Assembly (NCBI GenBank): GCA_030141605.1
Contig: JAQGDQ010000563.1
Span: 1-64,000 of the forward strand
From: Tubiluchus corallicola
Lineage: Eukaryota > Animalia > Priapulida
Direction of reading: 5' to 3'
Length of the DNA: 64,000 nucleotides
Made by a program: the position numbers and the translations under genes. Positions 37,471-48,834 of this stretch are shown here, in pieces. Within the stretch, counting starts at the first letter, position 1. Each line of letters opens with the position of its first letter. The notes beneath the pieces are model-generated. The model saw nothing but the letters and a program-made list of their open reading frames with translations, did not search any database and was not told the origin of the DNA.

Positions 37471-37592
37471 CTTTAGTTACCGAAGCCACATCCTCATAGA
37501 AGCCAGCAATAACTGCAACATTACCTGGTCTAGATTCAGTAGGAACACGTGTGTGAGAAACACCCCAGGATCCAACTTCGTCAATGATATGC
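37471..37592 (-). CDS. PIGN: Most 5' PIGN exon found: [40 protein letters not shown]
   Basis: [20 protein letters not shown] catalytic-region motif; ttacag / gtatgt; starts in phase 2, so an upstream exon is required. Confidence 0.96.
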
Positions 37593-40500
37593 CTGTAAGA
37601 AACACAGTGATGATATGAGGCACACAATTATATGCCTGTAAGAAACACAGTGATGATGAGATGATATGAGGCACACAATGATATGCCTGTAAGAAACAAA
37701 GTGATGATATGAGGCACACAATGATATGCCCGTAAGAAACACAATGATGATATGAGACACACAATGATACGCCTGTAAGAAACACAATGATGATATGAGA
37801 CACACAATGATATGCCTGTAAGAAACACAGTGATGATATGAGGCACACAATGATACGCCTGTAAGAAACAGAGTGATGATATGAGACACACAATGATATG
37901 CCTGTAAGAAACACAGTGATGATATGAGGCACACAATGATACGCCTGTAAGAAACACAATGATGATATGAGACACACAATGATACGCCTGTAAGAAACAC
38001 AATGATGATATGAGACACACAATGATACGCCTGTAAGAAACACAATGATGATATGAGACACACAATGATATGCCTGTAAGAAACACAATGATGATATGAG
38101 GCACACAATGATACGCCTGTAAGAAACACAGTGATGATGATATGATATGAGGCACACAATGATACGCCTGTAAGAAACACAATGATGATATGAGGCACAC
38201 AATGATACGCCTGTAAGAAACACAATGATGATATGAGGCACACAATGATATGCCTGTAAGAAACACAATGATGATATGAGACACACAATGATATGCCTGT
38301 AAGAAACACAGTGATGATATGAGGCACACAATGATACGCCTGTAAGAAACACAGTGATGATATGAGGCACACAATGATATGCCTGTAAGAAACACAGTGA
38401 TGATATGAGGCACACAATGATATGCCTGTAAGAAACACAGTGATGATATGAGGCACACAATGATATGCCTGTAAGAAACACAATGATGATGATATGATAT
38501 GAGGCACACAATGATACCCCTGTAAGAAACACAATGATGATGAGATGATATGAGGCACACAATGATATGCCTGTAAGAAACACAGTGATGATATGAGGCA
38601 CACAATGATACGCCTGTAAGAAACACAATGATGATATGAGACACACAATGATACGCCTGTAAGAAACACAATGATGATATGAGACACACAATGATACGCC
38701 TGTAAGAAACACAATGATGATATGAGACACACAATGATACGCCTGTAAGAAACACAATGATGATATGAGACACACAATGATATGCCTGTAAGAAACACAA
38801 TGATGATATGAGACACACAATGATATGCCTGTAAGAAACACAATGATGATATGAGACACACAATGATACGTCTGTAAGAAACAGAGTGATGATGATATGA
38901 TATGAGGCACACAATGATACGCCTGTAAGAAACAAATGAACACACAATGATACGCCTGTAAGAAACACATGATGATATGAGACACACAATGATAGCCTGT
39001 AAGAAACACAATGATGATATGAGACACACAATGATATGCCTGTAAGAAACACAGTGATGATATGAGGCACACAATGATACGCCTGTAAGAAACAGAGTGA
39101 TGATGATATGATATGAGGCACACAATGATACGCCTGTAAGAAACACAATGATGATATGAGACACACAATGATATGCCTGTAAGAAACACAGATGATGATA
39201 TGAGGCACACAATGATACGCCTGTAAGAAACACAATGATGATATGAGACACACAATGATACGCCTGTAAGAAACACAATGATGATATGAGACACACAATG
39301 ATATGCCTGTAAGAAACACAGTGATGATATGAGGCACACAATGATACGCCTGTAAGAAACAGAGTGATGATGATATGATATGAGGCACACAATGATACGC
39401 CTGTAAGAAACACAATGATGATATGAGACACACAATGATATGCCTGTAAGAAACACAGTGATGATATGAGGCACACAATGATACGCCTGTAAGAAACACA
39501 ATGATGATATGAGACACACAATGATATGCCTGTAAGAAACACAGTGATGATATGAGGCACACAATGATATGCCTGTAAGAAACACAGTGATGATATGAGG
39601 CAAATGTGTGCCTGTAATAAACACAGTGATGATGAGATGATATGAGGCACACAATGATACGCCTGTAAGAAACACAATGATGATATGAGACACACAATGA
39701 TACGTCTGTAATAAACACAGTGATGATGAGATGATATGAGGCACACAATGATATGCCTGTAAGAAACACAATGATGATATGAGACACACAATGATACGTC
39801 TGTAAGAAACAGAGTGATGATGATATGATATGAGGCACACAATGATACGCCTGTAATAAACACAGTGATGATGAGATGATATGAGGCACACAATGATACG
39901 CCTGTAAGAAACACAATGGTGATATGAGACACACAATGATACGCCTGTAAGAAACACAATGATGATGAGATGCTATGAGGCACACAATGATATGCCTGTA
40001 AGAAACAGAGTGATGATGATATGATATGAGGCACACGATGATATGCCTGTAAGAAACACAATGATGATATGAGGCACACAATGATACGCCTGTAAGAAAC
40101 ACAGTGATGATGAGATGATATGAGGCACACAATGATACGCCTGTAAGAAACACAATTATGATATGAGACACACAATGATACGCCTGTAAGAAACACTATG
40201 ATGATGAGATGATATGAGGCACACAATGATATGCCTGTAAGAAACACAGTGATGATGAGATGATATGAGGCACACAATGATATGCCTGTAAGAAACACAG
40301 TGATGATGAGATGATATGAGGCACACAATGATACGCTTGTAAAAAACACAATGATGATATGAGGCACACAATGATATGCCCGTAAGAAACACAGTGAAGA
40401 TATGAGGCACACAATGATATGCCTGTAAAAAACACAATGATGATATGAGACACACAATGATACGTCTGTAATAAATACAGTGATGATGAGATGATATGAG

Positions 40501-41581
40501 GCACACAATGATATGCCTGTAAGAAACACAATGATGATATGAGACACACAATGATACGTCTGTAAGAAACAGAGTGATGATGATATGATATGAGGCACAC
40601 AATGATACGCCTGTAATAAACACAGTGATGATGAGATGATATGAGGCACACAATGATACGCCTGTAAGAAACACAATGATGATATGAGACACACAATGAT
40701 ACGCCTGTAAGAAACACAATGATGATATGAGGCACACAATGATATGCCTGTAAGAAACACAGTGATGATATGATATGAGGCACACAATGATATGCCTGTA
40801 AGAAACAGAGTGATGATGATATGATATGAGGCACACAATGATACGCCTGTAAGAAACAGAGTGATGATGATATGATATGAGGCACACAATGATATGCCTG
40901 TAAGAAACACGATGATGATATGAGGCACACAATGATACGCCTGCAAGAAACACAGTGACGATGCAATGATATGAGACACACAATGATACGCCTGTAAGAA
41001 ACACAATGATGATGAGATGATATGAGGCACACAATGATACGCCTGTAAGAAACACAGTGATGATATGAGGCACACAATGATATGCCTGTAAGAAACACAG
41101 TGATGATATGAGGCACACAATGATATGCCTGTAAGAAACACAATGATGATATGAGGCACACAATGATATGCCTGTAAGAAACACAATGATGATATGAGGC
41201 ACACAATGATACGCCTGTAAGAAACACAGTGATGATATGAGGCACACAATGATACGGCTGTAAGAAACACAGTGATGATATGAGGCACACAATGATATGC
41301 CTGTAAGAAACACAGTGATGATATGAGGCACACAATGATATGCCTGTAAGAAACACAATGATGATATGAGGCACACAATGATACGCCTGTAATAAACACA
41401 GTGATGATGAGATGATATGAGGCACACAATGATATGCCTGTAAGAAACACAGTGATGATATGAGACACACAATGATACGTCTGTAAGAAACACAATGATG
41501 ATATGAGACACACAATGATACGCCTGTAAGAAACACAATGATGATATGAGACACACAATGATACACCTGTAAGAAACACAA
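37583..41581 (-). repeat. 4-kb minisatellite (43-bp unit, 51-bp variants), roughly 85-90 copies of the PIGN 3' splice site
   Basis: Minus-strand unit tgtgcctcatatcatcactgtgtttcttacag|GCATATCATTG; the last copy is the real acceptor. Confidence 0.97.
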
Positions 41582-42014
41582 TGTGAAAGTTATAACTGTA
41601 TATTTAGGTGCTGCCATCTATTGATTCGTTACTTGTTTATTCGAAACATTTACTAGTTGAATTCACCCCTTAATGCAATTGTATGTTCCAATGAATATTC
41701 AAACTCACTGTATCTCCCCTATTTTTCTGTAATGGGATATGTGAAGCCCAGTTCTTGCATACTTCTCTACATATATAAACTGGCTAGATTTCACTGCTAG
41801 TCACTCTCTGTCTCAGGCAGTGCAGTCATGTTACACACTGTCTCTCTGTCACACACTCAGTGCTGTGCAGCAGTTGTGATCATCATTCTACTTGTGCATT
41901 TTACTCATGTGTATTTAGTGCAATAAAAGTGTTTCAGTTCTTGTGCAAATATTTAATCTTGTGTTTAGTTGTTTATACCAGTGTTCAATTTCGTCTTCAC
42001 AAATATCTTTCACA
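41582..42014 (+). repeat. 5' LTR (433 bp)
   Basis: TG...CA ends with 8-bp terminal inverted repeat; TATATAAA at about 41772; AATAAA at 41922. Confidence 0.95.
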
Positions 42015-42016
42015 TA

Positions 42017-42038
42017 TGGTCCTTCGAGCCGGATTCGA
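42017..42038 (+). promoter_or_regulatory. Primer-binding site complementary to the tRNA-Tyr 3' end
   Basis: TGGTCCTTCGAGCCGGATTCGA, 2 nt after the LTR; reverse complement of ...TCGAATCCGGCTCGAAGGACCA. Confidence 0.88.
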
Positions 42039-42091
42039 GCCCAGACAGCGCACAGGGATAACCACACAGGACTTCTACTTCTGTCGTCAAC

Positions 42092-45000
42092 ATGACGGAG
42101 CAAGTGGAGAAAACTAAACGAGTTCGTCGAGCTCTGAGATCTTCACTCACTAAGGCTGACGAGCTAAATCAAGAGATTCCGAGGAAAGAAGAGGTAAGCC
42201 TTCTCTTATCAATTGTTACTGAAAGGGCAGAACGCCTGTTTGAAGCAGACAACAACATCTTGTCACAGTTGTTAGACGCTGACGCCGAACAGGTATCACT
42301 CGATGAGGAAGTCGAATCTGCTGATGAGTACAAATGGCGAATTACACGTGAAGTACATCGTGCCAATCAATTTCTTGGCCCTGCTTCCGCAGCTGACCAT
42401 CCTACCACTGGTCCTGCCGCAGGTGTCAGCCGAGCTGACACTCTCTCTGACAATTCACTTGCTCGTTCAACAGCTTTTACTCGCTTACCTAAGCTAATAC
42501 TGCCGAAATTTGATGGCCAGATTCTGGAATGGCTGGCGTTCTGGGAGCAGTTCGATGCTGCTGTTCATTCTCATGAGCATTTAGCACCTGTGCAGAAGTT
42601 CACTTACTTGAAAGGTCAACTATGCGGTGAGCCTGCCACAGCCATTGCCGGGTTGCCTCTTTCTTCAGCTAATTATGCAACCGCCATTCATCTACTTGAG
42701 CGTCGGTTCGGACGCAAAGAAGCACTAATAAGTGCGCATATGTCAGCACTTCTTCGATTGCAACCATGCACCTCTCTCGATGCGAAGCCACTTCGTAAAG
42801 TGCTCGATCAACTTGAGACAAACGTACGGGGTCTCGAAGCCCTCCATGCCACTTCGGATTCTTATGGTCGGTTACTAATACCGGTCCTGTTGTCTCGTAT
42901 TCCTTCACATCTTCGTCTCCAATGGGCAAAGAAGGATGCGGACGAAGAAGGTACAGTCACGGAACTTATGGAGTTTCTCAGAGATGACATCCAAGCTCGT
43001 GAGCGTGTCAGAGAAGTCAACTACTTCGTCGAGAAGCCTCCTCAACCAACTGTGAAACAGTGTTCTAGTAAACGTTCTACATTTCTGACAAGGGGCACCA
43101 ATAACAGTCAGTCATGTTTATTGTGTGGCGATTCGTGCAGAACCCCTTTCCATTGTCAGAAGTTCTTAAGCTTGTCCGTTGATGCTCGACAGCAGCTCAT
43201 CAGGGACAGACACTTGTGTTTCAATTGTTTATGGTCACATCGATTACAACAGTGCACATCCAAGAATGTGTGTCAAGAATGTGGTTCCTTGCATCATACA
43301 CTGCTGCATCGTGTTTCTTCAAACAGTGCATTCAGCGGAAGTTCTCCTAGTGTTGTTTGTGATCCGCCTTCTTCTAAACTCAACTGCATGGTGAAAACTA
43401 CCAGCAATGGTCACCGCACCGTTCTACAGACAGTTCTTGTCCACATGGATGGAATTGATCGTCCGGTTCGTCTACTCCTGGATAGTGGATCGGAAGAGAC
43501 TTACATCAGCGAAGCTCTCAGTCAACAAATTCAACGCAAACGGGCTACTCAATGTAAGTTGTTTCAAGTTCAAACTTTTGGTGGGACGAATACTTCCTCA
43601 ATTAACAGACAGAAATATGAGTTCAAACTGCGTAGTATGTATGATGATCAATGGTATTTTATGAATTGTTGGGTTGTTCCCTTCATATGTTCACCCCTTC
43701 AGGGTGTTGAATTGTCGTGCTTAACTATGTTACCACAAGGTTTAGATTATGCTGATGATTACAGTCAATTACAATTGCCTATTGATGTATTGGTTGGTAA
43801 TGATGCCCTTCCTCACATCTTTACCCCTAATGCTCCCATCTTCCACTCCAATCTTATGCTGATTCCTACCATCTTTGGTTGGACCTTGAGTGGTTGCGTT
43901 CCTAACTCCCTGTCACAACATTCCTCCTTGGTTCCTCTTGTACGCACTCTGTACTCTAGGAATGCAGATGCCAATATCTGTGAATCTTGGTGGCAGTTGG
44001 AGTCCATGAACATTCATCCTGACACGGAAAAGGACGAGTTTCCTTTATCCATCAAACACATTGATGGTCGATACGAGACTACTTTGCCATGGGCTGGGTT
44101 CGAACGTCCACAGTTCACTAAACAACAAGCCTTGGCACATAGTCGATCTTTCTACAGGTTGCCTCCAGAACGGCAACATCGATACAGAGACTCTTTAAAA
44201 GAGTGGCAAACCCTTGGAATCATTGAAGACGCACCTAACACAGATGGTGGCAATTTCCTACCCCATCATAGTCTCATCCAAGGAACAAAGTTGCGAGTTG
44301 TTTTCAACGGCTCAGCAAAGCCTACCATTGGCCTCAGCATCAACGATTGTCTGGTAACCGGTCCCAACATGCTCAGCGACCTTTTAGCCATTCTGGTACG
44401 TTTCCGCAGTCACCAAATTGGTCTAATTGCTGATATCGAGAAAGCCTTCCTGATGATTGGAATCTCGCCTCCAGATCGAGAATTTCTCAAATTCATTTGG
44501 GACTTGGACGGCAAACAGCACGTCAGCAGATTTGTTCTGCAAGCCCCGCCATTCTTCATGCCATCATTGCGATGCATCTAGACAGCCTACCGGCGACTTC
44601 AACAGTCACCTCTCTTAGGCACAATATGTATGTCGACAATCTCGTATCCGGTTGCGACTACGAAACCGACATCGATTCATTCAAATCCGAAGCTATTCAA
44701 GCCTTCGCCAGTGCCGGCATGAACCTTCGTGCTTGGCAGACTTCTTCCTCTTCTACAAGAGAACGGTGGGAGTGCAACACTGATGACTTTACCAAAGTTC
44801 TTGGCCTCAGCTGGTGCCATCAATCTGATACCATAGCCGCCAGCCTGAAGCTTTCATCTGAACCTCCCATCACTAAGCGTCAAATGCTAGCCGAAATCTC
44901 CAAGATTTTCGATCCTCTGGGATTTATTTCCCCCTTCACCATACGTCTCAGGATTCTCTTTCAGTCACTCTGGAGAGAGTCACTCAACTGGGAAGATGAA

Positions 45001-47016
45001 CTACCTTCCAGTACTGCAGTACAATGGGGTCGTTTCATTGAGGAAACACAGCAACACGAATCCAGGATACACTTTCCTCGATACGTACCAATGACTTCAC
45101 ACTCTGAACTTCACATCCTTTGTGATTCTAGTGAGGCAGCTTATGCAGCTGTTGCGTACATCAAGACAGACACCAATGTCGACTTACTCATTTCGAAGAG
45201 CAAACTAGCCCCACTTAAACCACAGACTCTGACTCTTCCACGTTTAGAGCTGATGGCTGCTCTTCTTGGGGCTCGTCTAGGGACTTACATCCAGCAGCAT
45301 GTACCAGTCCTATCATCATGTCTCAGACATTTCTACTCGGACTCAATGGTAACACTCGGATGGATACGCAGTATGCCAAAAGACGTGTTCGTGAGGAATC
45401 GAGTTCGTGAGATCCACACACTCTCGCAAGCATGCGAGTGGTCTCACGTACCTAGTTCGCAGAATCCCGCAGATCTGCCAACTCGAGGTTGCAAGCTACT
45501 CTACTTGCAACACCTGGACCTTTGGAGACATGGTCCACCTTTTCTCACACTCAGGGAGGAGTCGAACTACTCTGTCTGCGAACAGAAGTCCTCCACTTTG
45601 CTCACTGTAACAACTCCTCTTACAGACTCAGAGAAGACACCACTTTTTCCTGTGGACCGATGGTCTTCCTTACAACGAGCTATAAACATAACCTCTTATG
45701 TGCTCAGATTCGTTCATAATTCACGACTCCTCAAGTCAACTCGCGTCGGCGGACCACTTACGCCACACGAGAGAGTCAAGGCGATAAACGCTCTTCTCAG
45801 AGACAGTCAGTATGTTTACAACTCTGCAGACATACTTAACTTGCAAAAAGATGGTGATGTAACTCCCTCTTCTTCACTTTGGAATGCTCGTCCGCAGTGG
45901 TCCAAATCTCTTCAACTCATTATGTGTACACCGAGAAATGGTGAGCAGATGATACCTTGGTTACACCCAGGCTCGCCACTTACATCACTTATCATCATGG
46001 ATTGTCATCACAAACTTTATCATCAAGGCGTTTCCACAACAGCTACAGAAGTTAGCAAATGCTACTGGCTCCCAAAGCCTCACAGGACTGTCAAGAAGAT
46101 TCTCCAGAAGTGCGTTTCCTGCAAGAAGCTTCAAGGACGACCATACACTTCTACTGAAGGCAGTCTTCCACCATTCAGAGTCACAGAAGCGCGACCATTT
46201 GCGCATACTGGACTTGATCACTTCGGCCCATTGTATCTTGGCGACCAGACCAAATCATGGGTTCTTCTGTTCACATGTGCCGTCACTAGAGCCATACACA
46301 TGGAAGTTGTCACCTCACTCAATGAGAAGGACACTGGACTAGCTATTCGTCGGTTCTTAGCACGCCGTGGACCCGCACAATTCTACAGCGACAACGCTCG
46401 ATCATTCGTCAGCTTGGCGAAACACATGCAGAGGAGTCTAACCTGGACCTTCATCCCTGAAGCTGCACCCTGGTGGGGAGGTTACTGGGAAAGACTCATC
46501 GGAACTATCAAACGTTCTTGTCGCCAGACACTTGGCAGCACATCTTTATCTCTGACTGAACTCACCACAGTGGTCACAGAGTTAGAGGAACGCATCAATC
46601 GGTGCCCTCTCGTTTTGTCCGGAGATGAACCTTTGACTCCAGGACACTTCATCTTTGGAGCTACTCCACCAGCACTTTTGGACATAGGCATCCACGATTC
46701 ACCACCTCCTGAAGATCTACAGAGGAGATGGAAACATCGTCTCACCATCAGCACACATCTTTGGTCCAGATGGAGGAACGAGTACCTTCTATCCTTATGA
46801 CAATGGAGAACCAAGACAAGATCTCCAGCTACTCCGAAGGAAGGAGACATCGTTCTCGTCCATTCCAAGCCTCTACCTCGATGGCGTTGGCCACTAGGGA
46901 GGATCGAATCACTGATTCCCGGTCGAGACGGAAATCCACGAGCCGCCTACATCAGGAGTCACGGACGCCTTACTCGCCGTCCCCTTTGTCTCCTCTACCC
47001 CTTAGAATGCACCTGA
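42092..47016 (+). pseudogene. BEL/Pao gag-pol polyprotein, disrupted by a frameshift near 44530 and a premature TGA at 46798-46800
   Basis: LPKLILPKFDG gag start; LLDSGS protease; ADIEKAFL and YVDN RT; CDSS RNase H; DHFGP, SDNA and APWWGGYWERL integrase; frame continues past the TGA as ...GDIVLV...WPLGRI...LYPLECT*. Confidence 0.93.
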
Positions 47017-47122
47017 TCTTTAATGACATACCTCCTAATTTGCATTGTTTCATTTATTTGACATTTTGTATTGTATTGACATGTATTGACACTCTAATTA
47101 TTTTCGTTTCAAGGTGGGAGGA

Positions 47123-47547
47123 TGTGAAAGTTATAACTGTATATTTAGGTGCTGCCATCTATTGATTCGTTACTTTAAACATTTACTAGTTGAATTCACC
47201 CCTTAATGCAATTGTATGTTCCAATGAATATTCAAACTCACTGTATCTCCCCTATTTTTCTGTAATGGGATATGTGAAGCCATGTTCTTGCATACTTCTC
47301 TACATATATAAACTGGCTAGATTTCACTGCTAGTCACTCTCTGTCTCAGGCAGTGCAGTCATGTTACACACTGTCTCTCTGTCACACACTCAGTGCTGTG
47401 CAGCAGTTGTGATCATCATTCTACTTGTGCATTTTACTCATGTGTATTTAGTGCAATAAAAGTGTTTCAGTTCTTGTGCAAATATTTAATCTTGTGTTTA
47501 GTTGTTTATACCAGTATTCAATTTCGTCTTCACAAATATCTTTCACA
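47123..47547 (+). repeat. 3' LTR (425 bp), preceded by polypurine tract AAGGTGGGAGGA (47111-47122)
   Basis: Matches the 5' LTR apart from a net 8-bp indel and a few substitutions. Confidence 0.95.
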
Positions 47548-48625
47548 GGCACTGCTGTTGCTAACGATACTGCTGCTTTACTTTGCTGCTGCAGTAGCCG
47601 TTCTTGCTGCCGTGTTTTAAGTAGTACAATGAAGAGTAAATAAAAAATCATGAATCGACTGTAACGTAAACTGAATTAAATTTAGAGTTAATTAAGTTAA
47701 AAACTATTTCAAGATGAAAAAGCTCGTTATTTTTCAGTTCAAACGTTTCACGAGATGTTGTGTTAACAGTCTAGAAGTTTAGGGGGAAGTATGGAAGCAG
47801 TATATATAAGCATTAGAACATGTTAATAGCTATATCTCCGAAATCATTTAAAGAAGTTGTTCAACTCGGTAGTTCACTAATAAATGTCAGACTTTTTTAA
47901 AGGACAAGAATAGGGGCACCTAAAGTTGGTTTCAAAAAAATCGCCTTAAAACTTATACTACTTCACAGCAATTTTACGAACATATCGTACACGCGTTGAA
48001 ACGAATTTTTACTTGATACATTTTAAATCTCCCACAATACTGTTCCGACGTCGCCATTACATGACGTCACTACGCAAACATAAATCAGGGAAAGAAAAGG
48101 AGATGTTAAATTACGTCCCCAAAGCTTTCCAGTCAAAACTATATTGCTTAGCATTTCGCTTACCTGCTGGAAAGACTTATTTAACTAGATGTAATAATAA
48201 TTTAAAATGTTCGTGCCAATTGGTAAAATGTTACTGGCATTCAAGAATGTATGTTTAATCTTATTTACAACATGCAGTAATTGACAGTGTATGCTACGAA
48301 TGCTCTGATTATTTTTTCAAACGTTACTCAGTGTGATCTAAACTTGTTTCAGTCATCAGGGATGTTTAAACTTGCACATTTTATACAGAATTAGGGCCGA
48401 TACAAGTACTACATGCGAAAAGGCATTATGTAAGTTGTATCAAATTTCAAGACACATTTTTAAGCTAAAAGTTATTTGAGGATTTCTTGTGCTTGAAGAA
48501 AGCTTTCACAATCTACGTTGTGTTACAGGTAATTAGCTGTTAACTACTAACTACCACTGTTAACTATTAACAATTGTGGCGATGAAAAGGACATCCTTAG
48601 TAGAAAATATTTAATTAAGATATAC

Positions 48626-48834
48626 CAGTTTGGAGCCACCAGAGAGAAAAAATTTCTTCTTTTTTACAGATTTCGTTAAGTCCTCACAGTTCAGCCATTT
48701 TGAACAGTTTTGCATCCCTTGCAAGTGGAAAAATCCAACAGGACATCTGGAAGATGGTAACACTGAGTGCAACGGCGACGATGACAATGATGACGATGTT
48801 AATGATTTTTTTGATGATAGTAGTGATAAGTAAC
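48626..48834 (-). CDS. POMK: POMK (SGK196)-like exon: YLSLLSSKKS...RCPVGFFHLQGMQNCSKWLNCEDLTKSVKKKKFFLSGGSKL
   Basis: CPxGxFxxxxMxNCSxWLxCExL matches the recalled POMK stem motif; tttgcag / gtatat; phase 1/0; not in the ORF track. Confidence 0.78.

Larger units (their letters stand above)
41582..47547 (+). mobile_element. Full-length, defective BEL/Pao LTR retrotransposon, antisense to PIGN and POMK
   Basis: Two near-identical LTRs (TGTGAAAG...CTTTCACA), PBS, PPT; domain order gag-PR-RT-RH-IN; three Cys-His knuckles and YVDN RT motif typical of BEL/Pao. Confidence 0.97.

Noticed and set aside
37477-41617. Very long Cys/His-rich ORFs (826, 847, 1332, 466 and 473 aa)
   Set aside because: They arise in all three frames from a stop-free 43-bp satellite derived from intron and exon-start sequence; nothing suggests a real protein.
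37592-48626. In-frame POMK-PIGN fusion protein
   Set aside because: Phase 0 donor against phase 2 acceptor; frame rescue through an upstream array acceptor would hit the TAA at 37628-37630.
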